Source of the DNA: a virus
Lineage: Duplodnaviria > Caudoviricetes
DNA: 56,869 nt
Reading direction: 5' to 3' (one strand)
Virus record (IMG/VR): IMGVR_UViG_3300030389_001641
Span: 1 to 56,869 of that record
This document shows positions 45,603-56,055 of the stretch, piece after piece (the first letter of the stretch is position 1; every line of letters starts with the position of its first letter). A model generated the notes under the pieces. That model was not told the origin of the DNA. It saw nothing but the letters and a program-made list of their open reading frames with translations, and did not search any database. A program made the position numbers and the translations under genes.

Positions 45603-47761
45603 TATCGTCTTCCATCTGGTCTTATATCTACTTTTGGAGTTCCTAGTCTCCAAGTAACTTCTTTCTCGGATGAATCTATTTTTAACGAAAAAGATCGTCC
45701 TCGCAACCTTAAATTAAGTTCTTCAGTAAATTGTTCAATAACCGAGGTCGAACCCGCCACGGATTGTGTTACGGAACCCGCCTGGTTTTGAGCAAATCCT
45801 TTACCAGGAAAGTTTTTAGTAAAGAAAGTTAAATTAGCCTTGGGAGCATTACTGGTAGAATCTCTAAAGGTAATATCTGGTAATACTTTAGAAAGAAGCA
45901 AGAACCTATCTCCTTCTCCTATATCTATCTGACTAGATTGAATGTGAGCGGATATAGCACTGGAAGGACTCGTGCTGCCATCATCAAAACCCGTTTCATG
46001 ATTATATAAATGATAATCAGCCGAAGCAGCTATAGGTAAAGATTTAACTCCTCTGTCCATCCAAACAGTTCTGTTCAAAGAACCAAAATACCATATTTTT
46101 TGTTCGTAATTAAAAATAACATATTTATCATTTTCTGTAGCATTAGCAGATGGATAATACCACCATATTTCAGCAAATTCAGAGTTTAATCCTGCCACAA
46201 CTTTTTCTATTTGTTCTGTGTTAAAATCACTAAAAACATGATCTTTTACAGTGCATGGTAATCTTTGTACAGAACCGGAAAAAACATAAAACTCATTTTG
46301 ACCCATCCAAAACACACTATTTTCTACAGAGACAGCAGCCAATGGTCCTGCAACAGTAATACCTTCTGCAATAGTAGAAATACCAAAAGTAAAAGGTGGA
46401 CCAATAAACTGCATAGAGTGTAAGGACACATCTGTAAAAACAAGAATTTGTTGTCTTGTTTCTACAGCCATGATTATTTCAGAACCAGAACCAACCCTAA
46501 GTTCTCCTGCAGTGTTTGTTGCTTCTGTTTTCCAATCCGTAAGACTTTCTTGATCAGCAAATCTTATTAACAAAGGATCTTGTGTACCAATGCTTGTTTC
46601 TCCATCACAACCAAACACAATAACGTGCCTATCTATGTCTGAAACCATGATTTGTTTAGCGATAGTTGGAGCAAGAGTAGAACCCGTTAGTGAATTTAAT
46701 AAAACAGCTCTTGTGTTTGTTCCATTAGTTTTATCCCAGTAGGCTATTTCACCATCTCGTACATTCATAAGAAGATCTTCACCAAAATTATCGTGGCTCC
46801 ATATTCTCATGGTATCTACTGTAGATACAGTTGTGTTCCAAGTTCCTGCGTTCCAAGGGCCAGCACCCCAACCAAGTGAGGTAACAGAATCATCCAATCC
46901 TACATTCACTTGATATTTACCTACGATAAGTGAACCACCAGTTCCAGAATCATTAGAAGTAGAGTAAACTAGGGTTCCTGCACCAAACGTTACAACGCCA
47001 TTAGAAGTTAAACTTTTTATACTCGTTTGAGGTGTTCTTGCATTGATATAATAAGTGTTAGCATTACCAACCTCCACGGCATCTATTTGATACTCTTGAT
47101 TAAGAACATCTGTGCTATTGTCACCTGCTCCTACCATATTTCCACCTAAAGATGCTGCACCACTAATTGTAACAAAACTATTTACAGTCGCACCATGACT
47201 TGCATGAGTAACTTTTAAAGTTGAGGTTCCAACAGTTGCACCAGAACTATGACTAGCTGCCGTTGTCCCATGTACCCCTCTAGTACAAGATAATAAATCA
47301 TTATTGGTTGTATCGATAGAATCATATTTTATTTCTTCTGATCCTATTTTTACAAATCCACTTGGGGCAAAATTAGTAGTGCTTGCCAAAGATATCGTTC
47401 TTGCGGAATCATTAATACTAGTGTTTATTGTCGTGCTTGCAGCGTTTATGGCTGAAATATCACCTGCATCTGTTGTTAATCTAAGAGGTGTGATATCAGA
47501 AAAAGTTAAACCTTCTTCAATGTAATATTTGTTACTGGTTCCTACACCTAAATATTTAGTATTGTCTAAGGCCATCCAAGCTTTTAAAGCTCTACATTTA
47601 CCTAAGAAAGATTCAGTTGTGTATTTTACCCAACCACCTATTTTTTCTGGATATCCAAATCTAAATCTTATTTTATCTGAGTCAAACCAACCACCTTCAT
47701 TAGAAGATGAGGTTGTTTCTCTATTAATACCCGGTTTAAACTGTAATCTTGTTAAAGGCAT
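45602..47761 (-). CDS. tail tubular protein B / P22 gp10-like stabilisation protein
   Basis: 719 aa beta-propeller-like; FKPGINRE, WSHDNFGEDL, IRFADQE, ends RPDGRR. Confidence 0.75.
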   Translation of the reverse strand: MPLTRLQFKPGINRETTSSSNEGGWFDSDKIRFRFGYPEKIGGWVKYTTESFLGKCRALKAWMALDNTKYLGVGTSNKYYIEEGLTFSDITPLRLTTDAGDISAINAASTTINTSINDSARTISLASTTNFAPSGFVKIGSEEIKYDSIDTTNNDLLSCTRGVHGTTAASHSSGATVGTSTLKVTHASHGATVNSFVTISGAASLGGNMVGAGDNSTDVLNQEYQIDAVEVGNANTYYINARTPQTSIKSLTSNGVVTFGAGTLVYSTSNDSGTGGSLIVGKYQVNVGLDDSVTSLGWGAGPWNAGTWNTTVSTVDTMRIWSHDNFGEDLLMNVRDGEIAYWDKTNGTNTRAVLLNSLTGSTLAPTIAKQIMVSDIDRHVIVFGCDGETSIGTQDPLLIRFADQESLTDWKTEATNTAGELRVGSGSEIIMAVETRQQILVFTDVSLHSMQFIGPPFTFGISTIAEGITVAGPLAAVSVENSVFWMGQNEFYVFSGSVQRLPCTVKDHVFSDFNTEQIEKVVAGLNSEFAEIWWYYPSANATENDKYVIFNYEQKIWYFGSLNRTVWMDRGVKSLPIAASADYHLYNHETGFDDGSTSPSSAISAHIQSSQIDIGEGDRFLLLSKVLPDITFRDSTSNAPKANLTFFTKNFPGKGFAQNQAGSVTQSVAGSTSVIEQFTEELNLRLRGRSFSLKIDSSEKEVTWRLGTPKVDIRPDGRR

Positions 47762-47762
47762 A

Positions 47763-50504
47763 TTATCCTTCTAATTTTTTAATTCTAGCTTCCAAAGCAT
47801 CATTCTTAGCTGATAGTTCTTGTATAGCTTTTGTTAATATTGGTATTAAATTACCATATTTGGCTTCTAATCTATTTGAATTATTTTCATATACTAAATC
47901 AAGAATGTCATTTTCATTATTAGGCATAGCTTTTTGAAAATCTTGTGCTATAAAACCTAATCTTGTTTTACCATTTTTTGATGCTGTAAGATCGCCTTCA
48001 ATAAGATTTCTTCTATTCCATTTAAATTGTACGGGTCGAATACTATCAATAAAGTCTAAACCAAAAGGGCTATCTATAATATTTGTTTTGTCTCTACTGT
48101 CTGATAAACTAGCAATAGAGGTATCATTACATCTTAAAGCTGTAACATTTGCATCACCTAAAGTGATTTCGTTAGTTGCAGATCCTGACGATGGTTCTGC
48201 GTTTTTACCTAAACAAGTTAAATTAGAGCCACTTGTAATTGAACTACCAGCACTATAACCAACAGATACACAGTCAAAGGCAGTATTAGTGCCACTAAAA
48301 GCTTGATGTCCGATAGCTACATTTTGATAATAAATTCCATTGTTGCTACCAGCCAATGCACCTATAAAAACGTTATCACGTCCAGACGTTGTATTTTCAC
48401 CTGCTGACCTACCTATACAAATATTATCATCTCCTGTTGTAATATCTTTTGCAGCAGTTTGTCCTATACCTATGTTATTACCTCCAGATATAGTACCACT
48501 AGTATTACCAAATAAACCTTGATATCCTATCCCAATATTATAAGAACCTGTTGTAAATTTGTTCATAGCCTCATAACCTAGAGCTACATTTCCAGCTCCA
48601 GTTGTCATTTGTTGACCTGCTTCAAATCCAACTGAGGTATTATCGTTACCTGATTGAAGAAGTTCTAAACTTTTGTAGCCCACAGCAGTCGTTCCAGTAT
48701 GATCACAAGTTACAGAAGAATTACCATATCCTGCATAAGCACCTAACAATGTTATGTTATCACCAACTGCTCGATAACCTGTTGTATAACCCATAGCAAC
48801 TGAGTGATCAAAATCTCCACTACGAAATAAAAAAGCTTGATGTCCAACAGCAGTATTACCTGTGCCTGTACAGTTTTCTGCACATTTCGTACCTACATAA
48901 ACGTTACTATTACCACCAATAACATCCCTACCTGCCTTATAGCCTATGGCAACGTTACTACTACCACCAGTTACAGAAAGTAAGGATTCATAGCCAATAG
49001 CAGTGCAAAATTCAGCAGAAGTTATATTACCTAAAGCTTTGTATCCAACCGCTGTACCTGGACCACCACTAGAATGACTTCCCGTTGAGGTTGCAGTACT
49101 TGTAACACCTCCAAACGAATAGGCTCCTATAGCTGTATTTCCTTGATCATTATCAACATTTTTAGCGGCTTCAAACCCAAAAGCTGTATTATCATCTCCT
49201 GTTGTAATACCAGTTCCTGCATTAAAACCAAAAGCTGTATTTCGATTGGCATCAGATTGCACTGAATCCAAGGCATTAGTACCGATTGCAGTATTTTCTG
49301 TGCCAGTTCCAACGACACCTGTTGCAGTTACAGTTTGATTGTCAACGTAGGTTTTTATTGCTAAAGCTGTTGCTAAAGTATCATGACTACTACTTACAGA
49401 AGAAATATCTTGATCTACACTACTTATGGTGGTTGTGCCATCGGTCAAAGATCCAAAAGAAATTGTACCTGTTGTTGTAATATTACTACTTCCATTATCA
49501 ATTGTTCCAAAACCAGAGGTTATACTGCCACCTCCCAATGCACCTACAGAAGTTATAGCTGTCTGTGCTGCTGTAGCTAATGTGCCTGTAATCGTGCCAC
49601 CAGATACGTTAATACCTGCACTGAACACAGGTATCTGGTTCATGGTCACTACGCCACCACTTGATATAGCAATCGCATCTGTATCTCCTACAGAACCAAT
49701 ATTACCTGCATTGGGTATGACAAGATTACCACCTAAAGTTGTTAGTCCACCAGTAACTACTGTGCCTGCAAGAGTTACATTTGCTCCACTAAAGGTAGCT
49801 GCTGTTGTGGTTCCTGATTTAATTATTAAATTACCGCTTGTGTTTGTTAAAGATCCAAAGGTAGCTGTATCATCTTTTAACAGAACATCACCACCACCTG
49901 CATCAAGAACAATATCACCTGCTACATCAAGTGTTAGATCTCCAGAAGATAAATCTATTTCTGTACCATCGATCGTTATGTTATCTATAGATACACCAGC
50001 ATTTGCTGTTACGGCTCCTGTAGAGGTCAGAGTACCACCCACTGTGGTATTGCCTGCTACCGCAAAGGTTCCTGCTACGTCTAAATCAGTAAATAAATCA
50101 AATACCGCACCGCTTGTGCCACCACCATCTGTAGCAATAACTTTTACAGAACCATTTGGAATATTTACTGTAGCTCCACTACCTTGTTTAATAGTTATAA
50201 TTTGACTACCGCTTGTAGCATTCTCAATAATCCAAACCTTACTAACAGCATTTGGAGCAAGGGTAACAACTCTTGTCGTAGTTAAATCTGCACTAGAGGT
50301 TATCTTTAAATATAAAGAACGTACCTCATCACTAACAGCGTCCGACATTGTAATCGTTGTATTAGCATCGCCCATTGTTTCAGTTCCATAACTGAAAGCT
50401 TCCGCTATAAGAGATAAGTTTGTATTTGTAGCTGTACCCCATGTACCAGAACGTTCTCCAGAACCTATTTCTTCTAATCTTAAATCATTTAAAAATGTAC
50501 TCAT
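47763..50504 (-). CDS. long tail fibre with adhesin-like N(T/V)A(V/I)G repeats and C-terminal S74 intramolecular chaperone
   Basis: 913 aa; GTWG..TN.N N-terminus; many ~14-aa NTAxG repeats; SDSRDK, GFIAQD, L.KAIQEL. Confidence 0.85.
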   Translation of the reverse strand: MSTFLNDLRLEEIGSGERSGTWGTATNTNLSLIAEAFSYGTETMGDANTTITMSDAVSDEVRSLYLKITSSADLTTTRVVTLAPNAVSKVWIIENATSGSQIITIKQGSGATVNIPNGSVKVIATDGGGTSGAVFDLFTDLDVAGTFAVAGNTTVGGTLTSTGAVTANAGVSIDNITIDGTEIDLSSGDLTLDVAGDIVLDAGGGDVLLKDDTATFGSLTNTSGNLIIKSGTTTAATFSGANVTLAGTVVTGGLTTLGGNLVIPNAGNIGSVGDTDAIAISSGGVVTMNQIPVFSAGINVSGGTITGTLATAAQTAITSVGALGGGSITSGFGTIDNGSSNITTTGTISFGSLTDGTTTISSVDQDISSVSSSHDTLATALAIKTYVDNQTVTATGVVGTGTENTAIGTNALDSVQSDANRNTAFGFNAGTGITTGDDNTAFGFEAAKNVDNDQGNTAIGAYSFGGVTSTATSTGSHSSGGPGTAVGYKALGNITSAEFCTAIGYESLLSVTGGSSNVAIGYKAGRDVIGGNSNVYVGTKCAENCTGTGNTAVGHQAFLFRSGDFDHSVAMGYTTGYRAVGDNITLLGAYAGYGNSSVTCDHTGTTAVGYKSLELLQSGNDNTSVGFEAGQQMTTGAGNVALGYEAMNKFTTGSYNIGIGYQGLFGNTSGTISGGNNIGIGQTAAKDITTGDDNICIGRSAGENTTSGRDNVFIGALAGSNNGIYYQNVAIGHQAFSGTNTAFDCVSVGYSAGSSITSGSNLTCLGKNAEPSSGSATNEITLGDANVTALRCNDTSIASLSDSRDKTNIIDSPFGLDFIDSIRPVQFKWNRRNLIEGDLTASKNGKTRLGFIAQDFQKAMPNNENDILDLVYENNSNRLEAKYGNLIPILTKAIQELSAKNDALEARIKKLEG

Positions 50505-50512
50505 TTTCTATC

Positions 50513-51214
50513 CTATGCTTCTTGTTGGTCCCAAGATGGACTATGACTTGGAGTTACTGAAGAGTAACTTGGTGTTTGACTTGGTGTGACATTACTAAAA
50601 CTTGGTGTTTGACTTGGTGTGACATTACTAAAACTTGGTGTTTGACTTGGTACAATTTCACTATAACTCGGATCTTGTGTAATTTCAAGATTGCCCCATA
50701 CAAGAACCCTACCAATTTCCATTGTGCCTTGGACACCCACATTTGTTGTTTGAATACCCGCACCATTTAGACTTGCTACTAAAGCTCCAAATAAAGAACG
50801 ATTGGCTGTATTTTGTGCTGCAATATCTGATACTGAATCTGTTTCTGAAAAAGAAAAAACAGAACTTAAATTTTCAATTAAATCGTCTGAAGCTTGACTT
50901 TGAAAAAGAACATTGCCCGCAACAGAAGCAGCGGCCAAACTAGCATTGGCTTCTGCTTGATTTTCTACTGCAAGTTCTGCAATAGCTAATTCAATTTTTG
51001 AAAAGGTTACTTCTAAACCATCCGCTCCTAACACGGGAGCTGTTCCTGTTCCTGTAAAACCCTCTGTTCCTAATACAAAAATACTGGAACCAGTGTTTAT
51101 TGTATAATCACTTGCAAAAGTTGCCCCAGTAACACTTACACCTGTTGGTGTAAAAAATAAATCAATAGCGTCAGTTGCAAAAGATGTTTCTGAAAGTGAG
51201 TGATGACCAAACAT
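50513..51214 (-). CDS. tail-associated protein with C-terminal 11-aa repeats
   Basis: MFG....E..FA start; QTPSFSNVTPS repeats. Confidence 0.65.
   Translation of the reverse strand: MFGHHSLSETSFATDAIDLFFTPTGVSVTGATFASDYTINTGSSIFVLGTEGFTGTGTAPVLGADGLEVTFSKIELAIAELAVENQAEANASLAAASVAGNVLFQSQASDDLIENLSSVFSFSETDSVSDIAAQNTANRSLFGALVASLNGAGIQTTNVGVQGTMEIGRVLVWGNLEITQDPSYSEIVPSQTPSFSNVTPSQTPSFSNVTPSQTPSYSSVTPSHSPSWDQQEA
50566..50651. repeat. 33-nt perfect tandem repeat, about 2.6 copies
   Basis: Unit aacttggtgtttgacttggtgtgacattactaa. Confidence 0.9.
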
Positions 51215-51420
51215 TATTCTTTTTGATTTAAGGACTCTATTAGTTTATTGGTAAAAAAATTTAATGCTACCTGTTGTTGATCTAAATGAAACTTAGCCTG
51301 GTTTGCTTTAGCTTGTAGATCTCGTATCTGAGCAATGAGATATCTTTGTTCCTCACTCATGTCGGTAGGATTATATTCCTTACCATCTATGTTAATAATA
51401 TTTTGTGCTTCTTCAGCCAT
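51214..51420 (-). CDS. small coiled-coil protein
   Basis: 68 aa; INIDGKEY; GGAGG RBS. Confidence 0.65.
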   Translation of the reverse strand: MAEEAQNIINIDGKEYNPTDMSEEQRYLIAQIRDLQAKANQAKFHLDQQQVALNFFTNKLIESLNQKE

Positions 51421-51421
51421 G

Positions 51422-53524
51422 CTAACCTCCTTCTAATTTAGCTAATCTTGCTTCTATTGCTATAAATCTGCTTTCATTGTAACTTGCAATAAAACTTAAT
51501 AGTTCAGGATACCTTACACCCATCCTTGTTTGTTCCTTTCCATCATCATTTGTCCAAGTGTCACTACAAAACAGAGCATACTTAGTGGCATCTAAACCCT
51601 CTGCTTCAAAAGCTGCCTTGACTTCTTGAGCAACAATACCAGAGTGTGTTCTAGCTTTGTCTGCTTTTTCTGTGACTTTGCTTTTCCATCTAAAGGTTTT
51701 AAATAATGTTGATAGACGCTTACCCACAGCTAACTCTGCTGTTGTCATAGATGCTATGTCTTGTTTTTCATTCTCGTCTGAAGTGTTAATAGTACCATTG
51801 GTTGCAAAGATGTCATCAAAACGGTGTGAGCTACGACCTAAATCAATAGCGTCATCACGAGTTGCATTTGAAGATACATTCCAAGGATGAATTGCATCAT
51901 TACCGGCAGCAAAAAGAAGTCCAGTATCACCATTGCCTATGGTTAGACTGTCACCACCCTGTGACCCAATTTGCCCCACAGTAGTGCCGTCTTTGCGAAA
52001 CTGAACAATCGTTCCATCATTTGATAATCTATTAAAAATAGCTGTTTCTTGCTGATATGTGGCAACTGTTAAAAATTGACTTGGAAAATATGATAAACCT
52101 TCTCCAGAACCAGAATTGTTGTAAAGACTTGTATCGGTCGTACCCACCAATAAATTACCAGAGCTATCTATCCTCATGCGTTCTGTGTCACCAGTAGCAA
52201 ATAGAATACTGTTTGATTCTCTTATCCATACTAAAGCATTTTCATTGCTATCAATACCTATACGAAAACCATCACTTGTAGTAGTACCAGTTGATGAATT
52301 AGTAAAAAGATGGTAATTAGCACCACTTGAATTTTCATGCTGATGAAATTTATAAGCAGGACTAGTTGTCCCAATACCAACATTACCAGTTGATCTTACA
52401 ACCATTTTATAAGCACTATCAGCATATACGCCAAGAGCTATTTTATCATTAGCAGATGTTGCATCAGTCCTAATAAGTGTACCTGAACCATTAGTGTTTG
52501 TATTATAAATTCTACTTATCCAATCATCATTAGCACTGCCTTCAACATCAAATTTTCTAGCAGGAACTGCTCCAATACCTACTTTACCACCTGATAAAGT
52601 AATTCTCATAGCTTCTGATCTTGTGCCAGAAGCATCTTGGCAAAAAACTAAATCGCCAGTATTCCCACTATCTCTATAAATCTCCCAAGGATTTCCAGCA
52701 TTGGCATTACCATTAAAAGTGAGTGTCGTACCAGTTCCAGCTGTAGAAGAGCCAGCTTGATTTTTTTGCAATGTAAGAATACCAACTGGAGAAAGTGATC
52801 CAATACCAACATTGCCTGATGTATCAATTGTTACTCTCGTAGATGAGCCAGTAAAACTTGTAGAACTGTCACCACCAGTCGTAAACAATAATTTACCACT
52901 GTCCATAATAATTTTTCCAGAACCACTGCCATCTATTAACCCTATATTACAGTATTGGTCAGTAGATTGTGCATAAATTGCGTTGTTGTCTGAGCCTATA
53001 CTTAGTTGGAGAGGAACTGTAGGACTGCTCGTGCCAATACCTACTTTACCACCAACAAATGCGTTCCCATTTCCTTTCACAAAAAATAAGTTGTTTGAAG
53101 CGTCATGGTCTGTCACTACTAAAGCACTGTCTGTAGCTGTTGACCCTGCTTTTATTAAAACACCATAATTTCTATCATCCGTAGCTTCTTGGTTTTGAAA
53201 TGTTGCAACATAGGCATTATCTGCATCACCATCTGCAGCCACAACAGAAAGTCTGTTGCTTGGTGAAGTATCACCAATACCAACATTGCCACCATTTAAA
53301 ACAACTAACCTAGGAGTAAAGGTATCGTTACTTGAATCTGCATCAGCAGAACCTGAAGATATCTCTAATCCTCCAGATACATTTTCTTGAACAGAAATTT
53401 GAAAATTATAGTGAGAAGAGTTTGTAGTTTCAAAAGTAAGCTCTGGTGATGTTCCTATAATTTCAACGTTACCAGAAAATTCTGGTACTGTTATCGCATT
53501 AGCAATGTCTCTGGCTCTACTCAT
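51422..53524 (-). CDS. tail fibre with GNVGIG repeats and S74-type chaperone domain
   Basis: 700 aa; MSRARD.A start; repeated GNVGIGTxSP; TSDENEKQDI, H.GIVAQEV, GVRYPEL. Confidence 0.85.
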   Translation of the reverse strand: MSRARDIANAITVPEFSGNVEIIGTSPELTFETTNSSHYNFQISVQENVSGGLEISSGSADADSSNDTFTPRLVVLNGGNVGIGDTSPSNRLSVVAADGDADNAYVATFQNQEATDDRNYGVLIKAGSTATDSALVVTDHDASNNLFFVKGNGNAFVGGKVGIGTSSPTVPLQLSIGSDNNAIYAQSTDQYCNIGLIDGSGSGKIIMDSGKLLFTTGGDSSTSFTGSSTRVTIDTSGNVGIGSLSPVGILTLQKNQAGSSTAGTGTTLTFNGNANAGNPWEIYRDSGNTGDLVFCQDASGTRSEAMRITLSGGKVGIGAVPARKFDVEGSANDDWISRIYNTNTNGSGTLIRTDATSANDKIALGVYADSAYKMVVRSTGNVGIGTTSPAYKFHQHENSSGANYHLFTNSSTGTTTSDGFRIGIDSNENALVWIRESNSILFATGDTERMRIDSSGNLLVGTTDTSLYNNSGSGEGLSYFPSQFLTVATYQQETAIFNRLSNDGTIVQFRKDGTTVGQIGSQGGDSLTIGNGDTGLLFAAGNDAIHPWNVSSNATRDDAIDLGRSSHRFDDIFATNGTINTSDENEKQDIASMTTAELAVGKRLSTLFKTFRWKSKVTEKADKARTHSGIVAQEVKAAFEAEGLDATKYALFCSDTWTNDDGKEQTRMGVRYPELLSFIASYNESRFIAIEARLAKLEGG

Positions 53525-53860
53525 TTACCAAGGCTTTCCACTACCCTGTGTGGGTGCTTTTGATAGATTTATCTGATTTTGTACTGCATCCTCACAAGCC
53601 TTAACTTCGTCACTTCCAATTATAGCTTTTGCCCATGTCACACAGTTCTCATGTGTTACTTTTTCATATTTAATGAACGTACCTGATGGTTCAGGTATAC
53701 CTATTGAGCCATAAACTCTACCACTGTGCGTTACAGTTTTGCCATCAGTTGTAACATCTTCACTGTCAGTGCATTGCCAGTGTAATGTAGTTATCTGATT
53801 ATCACCTTTTGATCCTTTAACGTCATACTCTGTGTTTACGATTGTCCATATTGCCGCCAT
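53525..53860 (-). CDS. tail fibre assembly/partner protein
   Basis: 111 aa between fibres; W.I, HWQC, FI.Y..VT, ends GKPW. Confidence 0.6.
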   Translation of the reverse strand: MAAIWTIVNTEYDVKGSKGDNQITTLHWQCTDSEDVTTDGKTVTHSGRVYGSIGIPEPSGTFIKYEKVTHENCVTWAKAIIGSDEVKACEDAVQNQINLSKAPTQGSGKPW

Positions 53861-53861
53861 G

Positions 53862-54116
53862 TTATACTCCTATTTGACTTTCTATGTGTTTCTTATACGC
53901 TTCTTTAACTGCATCTGTATGTACTACATTACAAATAGCTTTTACCTCATCTGATTGCCCTGATATATCATCTGTTGGATTTACAACATGACGATGAAAT
54001 GAACGATTAATTTCTACTCCATCTTTTTTAATAACAGTTGCAGTTCTTACTTGTACTGCTCTGTAATCTCCAACTATCTCTATTTTATCTTCTATTGTTT
54101 CTTCTGTTAATGCCAT
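53862..54116 (-). CDS. tail fibre assembly/partner protein
   Basis: 84 aa; DKIEIV, VQVRTAT, SFHRHVV; AAGGAG RBS; follows a fibre gene. Confidence 0.6.
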   Translation of the reverse strand: MALTEETIEDKIEIVGDYRAVQVRTATVIKKDGVEINRSFHRHVVNPTDDISGQSDEVKAICNVVHTDAVKEAYKKHIESQIGV

Positions 54117-54141
54117 TTTAAACTCCTTTTGCTAAAGTTAG

Positions 54142-56055
54142 TTATGATGTAATGTAAGTTGCGGTAAGATACATTCTATTTTTATTAGAACCTGTCGCCA
54201 TATTTGCAACAGGAACTTGTCTGTAAGATGTTCTATCGCCTGTGTTATTTACAAGTGTAATATCGTCTGCACTGTTAATCCAACCACTTAAAGGAAAAAA
54301 GTTTAACCAAGCATCTTGTGCTGCTATTGAACCCACAGCCCCAAGAGATGTGCCTCCCGCTGCACCAAATGGCAAACCACTTACTATAACATTTCCAGAG
54401 GCACTGCCTAGTGTTATGCTACTAGTTCTAAGTAACAAATTAATGGTAACTTTATTACCAATTTTTGTGTAATGCCCTGTTTGATTAGCATAAGCAATAG
54501 AACTAAAAGCTGTACCAGTGGCTTCATATACAGGAGTAAACGTACCTTCTTCATAATCGTCTAAATGATTTGCACTACCAGTGCCACCGACATAAACACC
54601 ACCAGATAGGTAAAGATCTTTCCAACGAATAGAACTACCCCCTAAATCGTAACTATTATCTGCTGTTCCACCACTATTTGTGCAAGGGTCAGCTGAATTA
54701 TTACCAAATTTTATTCCCTTACTTGGCCCTGCTACATATGGTCTACTTCCATTTGCCCCAATACTCCCCACAGTAGAGCCGTCTTTGCGTAAATCTACAA
54801 TAGTGCCATCACTGTTCTGTCTATTAAAATAAGCTGCTTGAGCAGCATTTACAGAGGATGCAATTTGACCATTTGCATAAACATTAAAACCATAAACATC
54901 TGAACTATTATTGTAAGCTGTTGACTCAGTTGTACCCACCAATAAATTACCAGAGCTATTTATTGTTACTTTATTACTACCACTAATATAAAAATTATGT
55001 TCACTTGCATCTAAACGAAATTTTTTGTAAGCACTTTCAACCCTGTCGTAATTTGTAATTCTGTTTTCGCCTGTTGCTATTTCTGGTTGAATTTCAATTC
55101 CAGTACCAGTGCTACTATCAACAATTGATAAATCAGCAATAGGACTACTTGTGCCAATCCCAACATTGCCTGAACTATTTATTCTTACTCGTTCTGCACT
55201 ATTTACATCAATTTTAAAATCATTATCAATAGCACCTAATCTTGTGCTTCCTGTTGTGTCATCATCTTCAAAAGCAATGTAAGAACCTGCATCTGTGCTA
55301 ACAACTTTTACTGGTTCATTTTCAGTTCCACCATTAATAGTGGCCTTACCAGTAACAGTAACACCAGTAGATGTTGTTTCTAGTTTGTTTGATGCATTGT
55401 GATATAAAATAACCTCTCCACCATCTTCAGCGTAAATCATATTGTTACCATCAGGATCTTCAATAACTACAACACCGCTTCCTTGTATTAGAAGATTACC
55501 AGTGCCTTGGTCACTAATGTAACTATGATTTCCATCATGGTAGATTTGAAGATCACCACCAGCACCAAAAATAGCTTTAGCATTATCTCCAAACTCTAGG
55601 GCATTATCGGACTTATCCCAAACAGCATTGTAGTTTGCACCAGTGAAAGTTACGTCACCATTATGCGTAGCACCATCAGTTGTTACTACTCCATCTACAT
55701 TAAGTGTACTATCAAAATCCACTGCCCCTGTTACATTAAACGTGCCATTGTTTACTTTAACATTACCTTCTAGTGTACCACCAAAAACACTAAAAGTGTC
55801 ATACACCACAATATCAACAACATCACTTGCAACAGTAGCTGATAATCCTGCTATGGTATTAGCTGTATTGGTATTATAATCAACACCTGCTTTAAGCATA
55901 ACACCATTTAGGTATACATCTACGTAATTACCATCGGTAAAAGAAAGAGTAAGACCATTAGCATCAGCACCAGAGATACTAGTTGTACCTGCATTAGGGG
56001 TAAACTGAAATCTGGTCCTTACGCCTTGTGATGGTGATTTACCTAAGTATGGCAT
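54142..56055 (-). CDS. tail fibre with DDYEEGTFTP-type tip domain
   Basis: 637 aa; VDVYLNGV, GDLQIYHDG, KLETTSTGVTVTG, LDDYEEGTFTP, YTKIGNKV. Confidence 0.85.
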   Translation of the reverse strand: MPYLGKSPSQGVRTRFQFTPNAGTTSISGADANGLTLSFTDGNYVDVYLNGVMLKAGVDYNTNTANTIAGLSATVASDVVDIVVYDTFSVFGGTLEGNVKVNNGTFNVTGAVDFDSTLNVDGVVTTDGATHNGDVTFTGANYNAVWDKSDNALEFGDNAKAIFGAGGDLQIYHDGNHSYISDQGTGNLLIQGSGVVVIEDPDGNNMIYAEDGGEVILYHNASNKLETTSTGVTVTGKATINGGTENEPVKVVSTDAGSYIAFEDDDTTGSTRLGAIDNDFKIDVNSAERVRINSSGNVGIGTSSPIADLSIVDSSTGTGIEIQPEIATGENRITNYDRVESAYKKFRLDASEHNFYISGSNKVTINSSGNLLVGTTESTAYNNSSDVYGFNVYANGQIASSVNAAQAAYFNRQNSDGTIVDLRKDGSTVGSIGANGSRPYVAGPSKGIKFGNNSADPCTNSGGTADNSYDLGGSSIRWKDLYLSGGVYVGGTGSANHLDDYEEGTFTPVYEATGTAFSSIAYANQTGHYTKIGNKVTINLLLRTSSITLGSASGNVIVSGLPFGAAGGTSLGAVGSIAAQDAWLNFFPLSGWINSADDITLVNNTGDRTSYRQVPVANMATGSNKNRMYLTATYITS

